A stretch of 17,802 nucleotides of DNA from a virus (lineage: Duplodnaviria; Heunggongvirae; Uroviricota; Caudoviricetes), in the IMG/VR virus record IMGVR_UViG_2645727843_000004. One strand, given 5' to 3'. Made by a program: the position numbers and the translations under genes. Under the pieces are notes generated by a model. It was not told the DNA's origin, did no database searches, and saw only the letters and a program-made list of their open reading frames with translations. This document shows, one piece after another, positions 1 through 8,927 of this stretch (the first letter of the stretch is position 1; the number at the start of each line of letters is the position of its first letter).

Positions 1-1152
1 GAGGTGCGCCCGGCTGCGTTCAGAATAGCGGTTGCCAGACGATCCGGAATAATGCTCCTGCGCGCCCATGAACTGAAATGTGTCGGGCGGTTTGATGATA
101 CCTGGTTTCCATTCGTTCTCGATGCCGCACCGTAATATCCTGATGCCGGAATATCCGGATCTTCTGCCGGCGCGTTAGTGGCGGTATTGACGCCGTTACC
201 GTCTGTCATGAAGGGCACAAAATAAACGCCCTCACTCTCCCTGTTTTTATACCCGCCGTACACGGTGTCGTACTGGGTAGCGTATGTATTTTTCCAGTAA
301 TACGTCGTGTCACCACAAATCCACGGCACATCTGCAGCACTGCCACCATGGCACTGCGCGTTAAACACGGAGAGGTCAGCACGAAACTGTGTCAGCATGG
401 CTGTAAACAGCGCAGGTTGCTGTGCGTGGGTGGCGGCGCTCATGTCAAACTCTCCCTGCATCCAGCACACCGCCAGCAACACATTTTTCGGGTTCTTCTG
501 TAATGCAGCTTTAGTGCGCGCAATCAGGTCCTGATATAACGGTTTACCCACACCCCAGCGTGCCGAATCCTGGCTGGCCCCCGTGTCCGCACTGAATGTC
601 CCCTCCGCGCCCTGGGTGAATGCCGAACCACCACGACAGCATGGTACCAGCAGGATCCCCGCGTTATTCGGGATATACGGAAGCAGTTTTTTGGCAATAT
701 GTAAGCCCTGGCCGACACAGCCGTACTGCCCTTTGCTCAGGTCTGCCTTCGGATGATTCAGCGTACTCATATCCTGCACATCATGCAGGCAGTGGTCAGC
801 CGGAATGATGTCGTTATACGTACAACTCTCTCCACCCGGAGTTACCGTGCTGCGGCGCGCCAGCTGTTTAATGCGCGGATCCGGAGCATCGTAAGAATCC
901 GGTAACGGAAGCCCTTCACCGTAGGCCATGCCGTTGGACTGTCCGGCAAGCACAACCACGTAGAACCAGTCCGGCTTAGATGAAGGGCCGACCTGTGGAT
1001 CTCCTTCAATAGCCACCGCCTGCATCAGTGTGTACGGCGTAATGGCAACCGGTCCGCCGTATGGCTGCCAGCCCTCTTTCAGTTTGTGTGTCAGCTTTTC
1101 CGCAAGGTCTGACGGCGACGCCGCCCTGACAACATCATAGTGTTTAAATGCC
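1..1152 (-). CDS. NanS-p-like esterase (DUF1737-like N-terminus plus SGNH/sialate O-acetylesterase-like domain); 3' end lies beyond the window start
   Basis: ATG at 1152-1150, open to position 1. Translation begins MAFKHYDVVRAASPSDLAEKL...KEGWQPYGGP and contains a GQSNGMAYGEG motif (GQSN serine-hydrolase signature). Lies downstream of the Q-tRNA cluster, as nanS-p does in Stx-type lambdoid phages. Confidence 0.6.
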
Positions 1153-1347
1153 ATGAATCCTCCCGGCCGGGATAATATTGTGAGTAAAATGAGGAGCGGG
1201 CTGAAGTCCGGAAGTTACAGGACAATGGCAGAAGAGAGACAACAGCCCGCAATACGAAAAAGGCCGCGCTATTGCGCAGAGTGATTACTGTCGGATATTA
1301 TTCGCCAGCTGAAATATTACTTCACGTTTTGTTGTTTATTCCTTGCC

Positions 1348-1376
1348 GCCCGCGTCTCCCTGCGCGGGCTTTTTTT
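1348..1376 (+). terminator. Candidate intrinsic terminator: 7-bp GC stem (GCCCGCG/CGCGGGC) followed by T7
   Basis: Stem 1348-1354 / 1363-1369, loop 1355-1362, T-run 1370-1376. No plus-strand gene is evident upstream. Confidence 0.35.
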
Positions 1377-1380
1377 GTCC

Positions 1381-1407
1381 ATAAGAAAGCCCCTCCGGAG
1401 AGGGGCT
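1381..1407 (-). terminator. Candidate terminator for the minus-strand tRNA transcript: 8-bp perfect stem with a weak U-tract
   Basis: AGCCCCTC-CGGA-GAGGGGCT hairpin at 1388-1407, followed on the minus strand by UUCUUAU (1387-1381). Confidence 0.35.
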
Positions 1408-1643
1408 GGAGAGTGGCGCTATGTGCCATTGCATGGTGCCGGGTGCCTCCCGGTGAATTCAGTACCAGCACCTGAATCCGCGATTATCCCATATACCTGG
1501 TTGCTGATCGCCCCTCCGCACAGGGGGATTCACCATGCCAGTTTCTTTTAACAAACTCCCCGCAAACCAGACAACAGTCAACCGCCTGAATTGTGAGACA
1601 TTTAAAAAAAAGGCCCGCAAAAGCGAGCCAGGGAAAATAAGTG

Positions 1644-1720
1644 TGGCGCGTTGTACTGGATTCGAACCAGTGACCGATTGCTTAGAAGGCAATTGCTCTG
1701 TCCGGCTGAGCTAACAACGC
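1644..1720 (-). tRNA. tRNA-Arg, anticodon UCU
   Basis: Reverse complement folds as a cloverleaf: acceptor GCGTTGT/ACAACGC, D-arm GCTC...GAGC, anticodon loop CTTCTAA (TCT), T-loop GGTTCGAATCC, discriminator G. Folded by eye only. Confidence 0.85.
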
Positions 1721-1733
1721 AGGATACAGATAA

Positions 1734-1810
1734 TGGACCGCCTTCGGGGACCCGAACTCCGCGCAACCAGCTTCGAAAGCTGGCGCTCTTTCCTGATGAG
1801 CTAATGGCGG
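1734..1810 (-). tRNA. tRNA-like gene, probably tRNA-Arg (anticodon read as UCG); one acceptor and one T-stem mismatch
   Basis: Reverse complement has D-arm GCTC-ATCAGGAAA-GAGC, perfect anticodon stem CCAGC/GCTGG with loop TTTCGAA, and T-loop TTCGGGT. Acceptor has an A-A mismatch and the T-stem one A-C pair. Needs tRNAscan. Confidence 0.55.
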
Positions 1811-1817
1811 TATGTGA

Positions 1818-1893
1818 TGGTGGCCCTTGCTGGATTTGAACCAGCGACCTGGCGATTATGAGTCGCTCGCTCTCACCACTGAGCTAAAGGGCC
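1818..1893 (-). tRNA. ileZ: tRNA with CAU anticodon, tRNA-Ile2 (lysidine, ileX/ileZ-type) rather than elongator Met
   Basis: Reverse complement GGCCCTTTAGCTCAGTGGTGAGAGCGAGCGACTCATAATCGCCAGGTCGCTGGTTCAAATCCAGCAAGGGCCACCA; acceptor GGCCCTT/AAGGGCC, anticodon loop CTCATAA. Closely resembles my recollection of E. coli ileX. Confidence 0.8.
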
Positions 1894-1921
1894 GGGTCAA
1901 AAAATAATAATCAGATGAAAA

Positions 1922-2635
1922 TCAATAATCAAGCCCTTGCCTGGATACATATCTGTCTGGCGGGAAGCCATAATAGCGGTGAAATACAGAAATAAAGTAG
2001 GACCAGCTTGAATAACCGCATTTTTCTGCTACAGCCTGTCCATATCCATGCCGGGAACATAACATATTGACAGCAACACGCATCCGCTCTTCCAGCAACA
2101 AGCGACTGAACATGTGCCCTTCATTTTTCAGTTTTATCTTTAACAAACTCTCACTCATATGCAGGCGTAACGCAATCGCACCAAGCGTCCAGCTTGCTGA
2201 TATATCTGTCTGAATTATCGCCCTGACTTTGGCACTTATACTGGATAAACATCCACTTAAAAATAATAATATCCGTTCATCTGATTCAAACAGCGACAGG
2301 CATGCCATCATAAGAAACATATCCGTGGTATCTCCGGAAAATCTCTGGCTGGTAATTAAAGCCTCAGCCAACGCAGGGTTGTTGGGTTCCAGTGACAGAT
2401 AAAGCGGAACGTCAGTCAGATGAGTTCTTGTCAGCTTATGCTGAATTTCCAGATATTGACTTACTATGGAATGGTTTATATCGAAAATTTTAACTTTGCC
2501 ATAATGCATAAGGAAAAGCGCCCTGATGCATTTGGTGGCCAGAACGACTGAGCCGGGCTTAAGTGACAACGTATCCTTTTCAAGAAAAATATTAATTGGG
2601 GAGCAAACCATGATAACTGAACAGACAACAACCAT
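1922..2635 (-). CDS. AraC/XylS-family transcriptional regulator (prophage cargo)
   Basis: 237-aa ORF with a C-terminal AraC-type HTH (…LLEERMRVAVNMLCSRHGYGQAVAEKCGYSSWSYFISVFHRYYGFPPDRY). Sits between Q and the tRNA cluster with its own upstream terminator. Confidence 0.8.
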   Translation of the reverse strand: MVVVCSVIMVCSPINIFLEKDTLSLKPGSVVLATKCIRALFLMHYGKVKIFDINHSIVSQYLEIQHKLTRTHLTDVPLYLSLEPNNPALAEALITSQRFSGDTTDMFLMMACLSLFESDERILLFLSGCLSSISAKVRAIIQTDISASWTLGAIALRLHMSESLLKIKLKNEGHMFSRLLLEERMRVAVNMLCSRHGYGQAVAEKCGYSSWSYFISVFHRYYGFPPDRYVSRQGLDY

Positions 2636-2762
2636 TATAATTTTACTTTCATTAGCAATTGGTTAGTTCAATTATAGCCCCAAAAGGTAAATTATCATCA
2701 ACACATAAGCAAAGGACTGACAGGTGCCGCTAACACCCACCAGCCGCCCATTTACCACAAAT

Positions 2763-2786
2763 AAAAAAGCCTTCAGGACTGAAGGC
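2763..2786 (-). terminator. Intrinsic terminator after the small wHTH gene
   Basis: Hairpin GCCTTCAGGACTGAAGGC (2769-2786) with the U-run on the minus strand (plus A6 at 2763-2768); overlaps the stop codon of the 2773-2970 ORF. Confidence 0.5.
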
Positions 2787-2970
2787 GTCTGTAACAACCG
2801 AACTGATAATCTGCCAGACCCGCCATAACAAGCTGGGTCAGTATTAACTGGCAGCGTTCGCGTGAAAGATAAGTGTTCTGCGCAATTTCCTCGACGGTCG
2901 CCGGTTCGGTGACGCTTAATTCATTAAACACCACTCTGGCGGTTTCGGTCATATCCTGCTGTTTTAGCAT
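2773..2970 (-). CDS. Small (about 65 aa) putative winged-helix DNA-binding protein
   Basis: Internal ATG at 2970 preceded by AAGG. Translation MLKQQDMTETARVVFNELSVTEPATVEEIAQNTYLSRERCQLILTQLVMAGLADY... Bracketed by terminator hairpins on both sides, so likely an independent transcription unit. The ORF track extends it to 3093. Confidence 0.45.
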   Translation of the reverse strand: MLKQQDMTETARVVFNELSVTEPATVEEIAQNTYLSRERCQLILTQLVMAGLADYQFGCYRRLQS

Positions 2971-3093
2971 GCCTTTTTCCCTTTTCCGGTTAACGTGACA
3001 CACCAATAACTCTTGTCGAAAAAGCCAGCAAGCTGAAAGAACGGTATTAATAACCACCAGCGAATTTATTGCGCTGCTGTATATTACGGACAC

Positions 3094-3114
3094 AAAAAAA
3101 CCACCTTCCGGTGG
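3094..3114 (-). terminator. tR-prime-like intrinsic terminator about 100 nt downstream of the Q-like gene
   Basis: CCACC-TTCC-GGTGG hairpin (3101-3114) followed on the minus strand by U7 (plus A7 at 3094-3100). A second hairpin GCGAAA...TTTCGC (3124-3144) lies just upstream. Confidence 0.5.
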
Positions 3115-3211
3115 CTTCCTTGTGCGAAAAAACTTGCATTTCGCCTCGCGATACAGCTTTGCGAAGCTTACAGGAATTCAAGCTGTTTCTGCGTAAAAAA
3201 GCAAGCTTTTT

Positions 3212-3754
3212 TTATCGAAATGAATCGTGCATAGGTACATAAAGCATGTGTTCAGCCACGGCTAACCAACCTGCAATACGTTTCTCACATGTGCTGAAAC
3301 ACCATTCCGGGTGAGTACGATTTAAACATTCTGCCATTTTTCTCTTACTCATTCCCCGTCCTTCGTACCTTTGCCGGAGAATATTGATTAGCCCGGGATA
3401 TTCCCCAAGCACCTCACTGATAACGCGATCAATAATCAACGCCTCTGTGTCTGTACAATGTGACAACCAGCTCTTCTGCTTCCCTCTGGTCATATCCCGA
3501 AAAAATGCCTCAAGTTCCGGTTTTTCCAGCCCGGATTTCTTCATGCTGCGTAAAACCTCATTAACTGCTGTTTTCGTCAGCCTTTTCGAAACCAGTAACC
3601 GGTTAAACATATTTCCGGATTTACCCCCACCGATATACGACCACCGCCCCCACATCCGTAATTTCCCCTGGATCCAGACTGCTTCCAGCGTGTTCAGGCG
3701 TAAATGTTCGCCGCTTTTGCCTGTAATTTCCGGATATATCATATTTACGCTCAC
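3212..3754 (-). CDS. Putative late-gene antiterminator Q-like protein
   Basis: 180-aa ORF directly after rusA (GTGA overlap with the rusA stop; alternative ATG at 3742) and directly before a terminator hairpin and the tRNA cluster. Assignment is mainly positional; sequence family not verified. Confidence 0.5.
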   Translation of the reverse strand: MSVNMIYPEITGKSGEHLRLNTLEAVWIQGKLRMWGRWSYIGGGKSGNMFNRLLVSKRLTKTAVNEVLRSMKKSGLEKPELEAFFRDMTRGKQKSWLSHCTDTEALIIDRVISEVLGEYPGLINILRQRYEGRGMSKRKMAECLNRTHPEWCFSTCEKRIAGWLAVAEHMLYVPMHDSFR

Positions 3755-4110
3755 TCACTCTCAATTTTGTAAATCTTCACACCCAGCCGTCCACCAGATA
3801 CTGGCTGACCACGTACAATATTGATTTCATCAAACTGCTCGTCATCAATGAGCACTCCCGCATGCGTCAGCGCATCCAGCGGTGCTTTCAGAATATTGTC
3901 CAGGTCACGACGACGCTTATCCGGTGGCTCTGCAATAATTTTTATTGCCAGCCGTCCGGACAGGCTTAATTTCAGTCGCTGCTGGCGAACAATAAGCGCC
4001 ACTGCCCGGCGATAACGCTCCCCGGCTTTTGATACAAAATATGTGCTGCCACGGCGTCGCCAGTAAGTGTTCACCGTCGGCGGGTAAGGTAAAACCAAAT
4101 CTATGAGCAT
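3751..4110 (-). CDS. rusA: Holliday-junction resolvase RusA
   Basis: 119 aa with the conserved RusA pattern (P.PP..N.Y...., PDKRRRDLDNILKAPLDALTHAGVLIDDEQ, GGRL), which aligns by eye with E. coli RusA. SD AGAGGTGA precedes the ATG at 4110. Confidence 0.9.
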   Translation of the reverse strand: MLIDLVLPYPPTVNTYWRRRGSTYFVSKAGERYRRAVALIVRQQRLKLSLSGRLAIKIIAEPPDKRRRDLDNILKAPLDALTHAGVLIDDEQFDEINIVRGQPVSGGRLGVKIYKIESE

Positions 4111-4122
4111 CAGTCACCTCTT

Positions 4123-5172
4123 TTACCCGAGCACGCCAGTCGCAAAGGCGTGATCAAGAAAACGAAAAATTAACTCAATCTGAGAGCCGTACTTTTTCTC
4201 AAACTCCAGCGGGTCTGCATGAAGTTCGTTGTGGTGCTCCCGGCACAACGGTAACGTGAAAATATCGTGGGCCTTTGTCCCCATTCCCCCCTGACCATGA
4301 CCAATCAGGTGATGCGGATCGTCAGCAGGCTTACCACAACACGCACACGGCTGTGTCTTTACCCAGCGCGTGTATTTCTCGTTAACCCAGCGGCGACGTT
4401 TAGGTCGTTTCATGAAAGATTCCGGAGACTCAGGATCAACGGCAATGCTGACCACCGTCTTTTCCTGTGGTGGGTTCTGTTGCTGGTGGGCGTGAGGCAG
4501 CGGCGCAAGATTTTTTGTGCGCTGTTTCAGTATGCTGGTGGCGGTCTGCTCTCCCGGCACGATGTCGCTTTCACGGTACATTGAGCGGATTTTTTCCGCA
4601 CGCAACCCCAGCGAACGACGTAATACCGCTTCCGGTAGCGCGTCCGCCACCTGATTGCGGACCGCCCACCAGGATAATTCAGCCAGAGATAATTCACGCT
4701 CCTGCGTACCGCTTATTGCGTGACCGATGACGTCAATCATCCAGGCTGTCAGATTTTGTTGAGCAAGCTGCCCGAGTGATTCGGATGTCTGGTCGCGCAG
4801 CTGGTTGTCGCAGTGCCAGCACAACACCATTGCGCCGGTACCATAACGGTGAATGACGGTTTCGCTGTGATGATAATCGCCGTGTGGCCACTGGCAGGAT
4901 TTAATATAGCGCAACAGCCAGTCAGACAATGCACCAGCACCACCAGCAGCACGAATCACCCGTGCGTTACTGAAAAACGGCAGCAATGTTTTGTCTTCCA
5001 CTAGCGGCTGGCGAACGGCAGGAACAACCCCGGACGGCAGATTACGCATGCTTTTCGGTTCCGGCTCCACCAGTACCCGGGTATTGTGGAATACCGGCAT
5101 GGATTCACGGCCCGGCTTAACGATCACCAGCCCGAGTTCCGGTACCAGAACAGGTCGAAGTAATACCCGCAC
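4123..5172 (-). CDS. DUF968-like prophage protein with a C-terminal HNH-like Cys/His motif
   Basis: 349 aa with a GTG start preceded by GGAGGT. C-terminus CACCGKPADDPHHLIGHGQGGMGTKAHDIFTLPLCREHHNELH. Sits in the nin-region position upstream of rusA. Confidence 0.65.
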   Translation of the reverse strand: MRVLLRPVLVPELGLVIVKPGRESMPVFHNTRVLVEPEPKSMRNLPSGVVPAVRQPLVEDKTLLPFFSNARVIRAAGGAGALSDWLLRYIKSCQWPHGDYHHSETVIHRYGTGAMVLCWHCDNQLRDQTSESLGQLAQQNLTAWMIDVIGHAISGTQERELSLAELSWWAVRNQVADALPEAVLRRSLGLRAEKIRSMYRESDIVPGEQTATSILKQRTKNLAPLPHAHQQQNPPQEKTVVSIAVDPESPESFMKRPKRRRWVNEKYTRWVKTQPCACCGKPADDPHHLIGHGQGGMGTKAHDIFTLPLCREHHNELHADPLEFEKKYGSQIELIFRFLDHAFATGVLG

Positions 5173-5173
5173 G

Positions 5174-5446
5174 TTACCTCCAGATGCGTTGCTGGAATGT
5201 GCGGGACGGACGCGGCGGGCGTTCGGAATAAAGGAGCCTGACGTAGATTATCCAGTGACGGTAGTCGAGGCTAAGGGCTTTCTTAAACTCATACCCACGT
5301 CTGCGGTAGTTATGAATCAGCCATTCGGCCTGTTCTTCAGTGCAGGGATCGTGCTGATACCAGTCATATTTGAATGTGTGAGAACACCGCCCTTGCCTGC
5401 TGGCAGGGGCGATATCAGAATTGTGATGTTTGGTATTGTGCGCCAT
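5174..5446 (-). CDS. Hypothetical nin-region protein (about 90 aa)
   Basis: ORF MAHNTKHHNSDIAPASRQGRCSHTFKYDWYQHDPCTEEQAEWLIHNYRRRGYEFKK...; its stop abuts the start of the next gene. The track start at 5500 is a TTG; the first ATG is at 5446. Confidence 0.5.
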   Translation of the reverse strand: MAHNTKHHNSDIAPASRQGRCSHTFKYDWYQHDPCTEEQAEWLIHNYRRRGYEFKKALSLDYRHWIIYVRLLYSERPPRPSRTFQQRIWR

Positions 5447-5518
5447 CGGTTTTCTCTGCTGGCGCAGCAGGTGCCAGTTGTTCAAGCTGGCGTGCGGCAA
5501 TATTGTCTCTGATTTCTG

Positions 5519-5546
5519 TTGTCGTCAACAGGCAACGTGCTATCAT
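5519..5546 (+). promoter_or_regulatory. Candidate sigma70 promoter for parDE
   Basis: TTGTCG (5519-5524), 16-nt spacer, TATCAT (5541-5546), then SD GAGG and ATG at 5582. Motif match only. Confidence 0.3.
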
Positions 5547-5581
5547 CGAATGGTGTTCTATCCTACTCCGTGAGGTTTACC

Positions 5582-5839
5582 ATGCGTACAACCCAACAAT
5601 TCAGCATTACATTAACTAACGAAATGGCTGACATGGTGCGCGCCCGTGTGGCTTCCGGTGCCTATGCTTCAGAAAGCGAGGTCATTCGTGAAGGGCTTCG
5701 CGCACTGAATGAGCGCGATAAAGCAATCGAAGCGTGGTTAACGCATTCAGCCGCCCCCTCTCTTGATTCTATCCGCGAAAACCCAAACAACGGACGCTCC
5801 ATTTCACAGGTTCGCGCCGCGATTCGATCCGGGAAGTAA
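5582..5839 (+). CDS. parD: ParD-type ribbon-helix-helix antitoxin
   Basis: 85 aa: MRTTQQFSITLTNEMADMVRARVASGAYASESEVIREGLRALNERDKAIEAWL... (ParD/COG3609-like). SD GAGG upstream; followed 5 nt later by the toxin gene. Confidence 0.8.
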   Translation: MRTTQQFSITLTNEMADMVRARVASGAYASESEVIREGLRALNERDKAIEAWLTHSAAPSLDSIRENPNNGRSISQVRAAIRSGK

Positions 5840-5844
5840 TCTGC

Positions 5845-6144
5845 ATGACATATGAAGTCATCATTACTCCTGAGGCCGAACAACAAATAATCAACCTGCA
5901 CAGGTATATAGCGGAGAAAGCAGGGAACGTCATTGCTGACAATTATGCCAATGCGCTTCTTGATTATCTTGATGGGTTTTCTACATTCCCGCATCGGGGC
6001 AATAAACGCGATGATATTCGCCAGGGGATGCGGGTAACTCATTTCCGCCACAGAACGATTATTGCTTTTGCCGTTGATAGCAGAAAAGTCTTTATTGTCG
6101 GTATCTATCATGGTGGGCAAAGTTATGAAACCGATTTCTTATAA
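5845..6144 (+). CDS. parE: ParE/RelE-superfamily toxin
   Basis: 99 aa: MTYEVIITPEAEQQIINLHRYIAEKAGNVIADNYANALLDYLDGFSTFPHRGNKRDDIRQGMRVTHFRHRTIIAFAVDSRKVFIVGIYHGG; classic antitoxin-toxin order and size. Confidence 0.8.
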   Translation: MTYEVIITPEAEQQIINLHRYIAEKAGNVIADNYANALLDYLDGFSTFPHRGNKRDDIRQGMRVTHFRHRTIIAFAVDSRKVFIVGIYHGGQSYETDFL

Positions 6145-6228
6145 ACTTTTACCCACATCATTCCGGTGTTAGAATTAACCGTCCGCCCCCCTCTCTTACT
6201 GGCGGATTCGTAGGCTATATAAATCAAA

Positions 6229-6262
6229 GATCCCGGCTCATGTTTATGTCGGGATCTTTTTT
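6229..6262. terminator. Bidirectional terminator hairpin between parDE and the convergent minus-strand operon
   Basis: Stem GATCCCG/CGGGATC (6229-6235 / 6250-6256) followed by T6 on the plus strand; on the minus strand the same hairpin is followed by UUUGAUUUAUAU. Confidence 0.5.
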
Positions 6263-6269
6263 CGGCGAT

Positions 6270-6353
6270 TTATCCCCAGCGGCAAATCGAATACACCACC
6301 AGCGCCACCGCCATCGCAATTCCTACCGTTGTGAATGCTTCAGGCCAGGTCAT
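6270..6353 (-). CDS. Candidate 27-aa hydrophobic peptide, translationally coupled to the upstream gene
   Basis: ATGA overlap with the stop of the 6350-6694 gene; GGAGG nine nt upstream. Translation [27 protein letters not shown] (one predicted TM helix). Below the ORF-track length cutoff. Confidence 0.3.
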   Translation of the reverse strand: MTWPEAFTTVGIAMAVALVVYSICRWG

Positions 6354-6694
6354 CGTAAAATATCCTCCACGCTTATCAGTCCGTTCCGCTCCAGATAACT
6401 CATCGCCTTATCCGGTAATTTGCAGTCTGGCTTCGCTTTCCTCAGTTGCCAGGTTAACTGCTTTACCAGCATGGTTAACTCATCGACCAGACGCTGATAT
6501 CCCACTGGTTTGTATTCATGCAATTTACCGGCTGGCTCTGCTGCCAGCGATACCAGTGCGATTTCCAGAACAGCAATATCCATCTTATATGTGCGGATGA
6601 TGTCATGGTCGATTGTGCCCGGTATGCACAGTCTCTGTGCTTCAATAGTCTCCTCTGCGTGAGCTATTAACTGCTCTCTGGTAAAAGTCGTCAT
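6350..6694 (-). CDS. Hypothetical protein (114 aa)
   Basis: ORF in the minus-strand operon; ATGA overlap with the upstream HNH gene remnant. Confidence 0.55.
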   Translation of the reverse strand: MTTFTREQLIAHAEETIEAQRLCIPGTIDHDIIRTYKMDIAVLEIALVSLAAEPAGKLHEYKPVGYQRLVDELTMLVKQLTWQLRKAKPDCKLPDKAMSYLERNGLISVEDILR

Positions 6695-6859
6695 GCCGTA
6701 GCCCCTTCTTGATATTTTTCAAACCAGAACACAACTGGGTCAGATTTCATTTCAACCAATCCCATACGAACCAGCGCTTTGCCTTTCCCGGACGCAAGGA
6801 ATTCACGACGACCATCACTGATAATTCGCCGATAATCTTCCAGACTACTGCAATGCTTG

Positions 6860-8054
<1,195 letters not shown>

Positions 8055-8256
8055 CTTGTGCAGATTGCATGGGTGGCATGCCGGAACCATATTGGATATA
8101 TCGTCACGTTCCTGGTGAAGCATATTTCCATCAAAACGAATGACCGGTTTTACATGGTCTGCATGCCACTTTTCGCCAAGTTCGCAGCCGCAATAAGCAC
8201 AGCGACCGCCGAACTTCATGCGCAGCTCTGCACGTTGTTTTTTCGTCAGTGCCATA

Positions 8257-8475
8257 TCAGCTTTCCTTATACGGATTAATTTTATTGTGCAGTGTGCTGA
8301 ACGACGCCCACACCACGTCGTTATACAATTCAATAACTGGCTCAATTATTTTCACGATAAACCAGACCAGTAATAGCGGGGGTATCGGTATCATCAACAC
8401 GATAAATATAATGAGAAACAAAAATTCTGTCGCTCTACTTTTTCTCGGATATTCTTTTCTGAATAATGTAGTCAT
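8257..8475 (-). CDS. Small putative membrane protein (72 aa)
   Basis: ORF with a strongly hydrophobic core (FLFLIIFIVLMIPIPPLLLVWFIVKII) in an AT-rich segment, co-oriented with the operon. No clear SD. Confidence 0.35.
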   Translation of the reverse strand: MTTLFRKEYPRKSRATEFLFLIIFIVLMIPIPPLLLVWFIVKIIEPVIELYNDVVWASFSTLHNKINPYKES

Positions 8476-8570
8476 TTCTTACCGCCCTTTCAGGCGGCCT
8501 CCTGATGTTTTGAGGGTGCAGAAATCCCTCCGGTTAAGGATTAAATTTTTATTTACAGCACTAAATTTAT

Positions 8571-8927
8571 TTATTCAGTTCTGGATTTTGTCGCCCTGCG
8601 TATCCGCGCTTTCGCGTTACGTTCAATCTGAATTAACTTTTCTATATTTTTCCGCCTTTCCTGTTCCTCCTGGCGCAATAGCCTTACATCATCTGCCAGT
8701 CTGGTTTCTCTTTTCGCCACAGAGAGCATCCAGTCAAACGGCTCCACAACTGCACCGCAGATTTTACAACGGACCTGACGCTCTTTTTCGTCAACCCGGA
8801 CAGAGGCGTGATGACAATATGGTCTTTCCGATGGCTCATAAAGAAAATTAACCTGATTACGTGGGTCATCCTCTTTTACCGGAAATAAAACAATATTACT
8901 TAACTCATCTTCTGGTTTTATTTCCAT
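8571..8927 (-). CDS. Putative zinc-binding protein (Cys/His cluster, basic C-terminal tail)
   Basis: ATG at 8927 preceded by GGAGAGGAGC. Translation MEIKPEDELSNIVLFPVKEDD...PYCHHASVRVDEKERQVRCKICGAVVEP... Confidence 0.55.
   Translation of the reverse strand: MEIKPEDELSNIVLFPVKEDDPRNQVNFLYEPSERPYCHHASVRVDEKERQVRCKICGAVVEPFDWMLSVAKRETRLADDVRLLRQEEQERRKNIEKLIQIERNAKARIRRATKSRTE

Noticed and set aside
307-808. ORFs 307-534, 524-718 and 620-808
   Set aside because: Alternative frames or antisense inside the esterase-like CDS that spans 1-1152 on the minus strand.
1272-1839. ORFs 1272-1475, 1459-1692 and 1651-1839
   Set aside because: Overlap the tRNA genes and terminator hairpins; no coding signal.
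1644-3754. Shiga-toxin genes expected from the Q-tRNA context
   Set aside because: No stxA- or stxB-sized ORFs exist between the tRNAs and the esterase-like gene; the slot holds only structured spacer sequence.
3384-4117. Plus ORFs 3384-3824 and 3821-4015, and minus ORF 3917-4117
   Set aside because: Overlap the rusA and Q-like genes, antisense or out of frame; rusA is strongly supported.
4267-5512. Plus-strand ORFs 4267-4584, 4467-4730, 4813-5004, 4991-5512
   Set aside because: All antisense to the DUF968-like and neighbouring minus-strand genes; Arg/Pro/Ser-rich translations typical of the wrong strand.
5662-6120. 152-aa minus-strand ORF
   Set aside because: Antisense to the well-supported parD/parE genes.
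8249-8851. 200-aa plus-strand ORF
   Set aside because: Runs antisense across several minus-strand genes and an intergenic spacer in an AT-rich segment; low-complexity Leu/Ser/Phe-rich translation; no SD.
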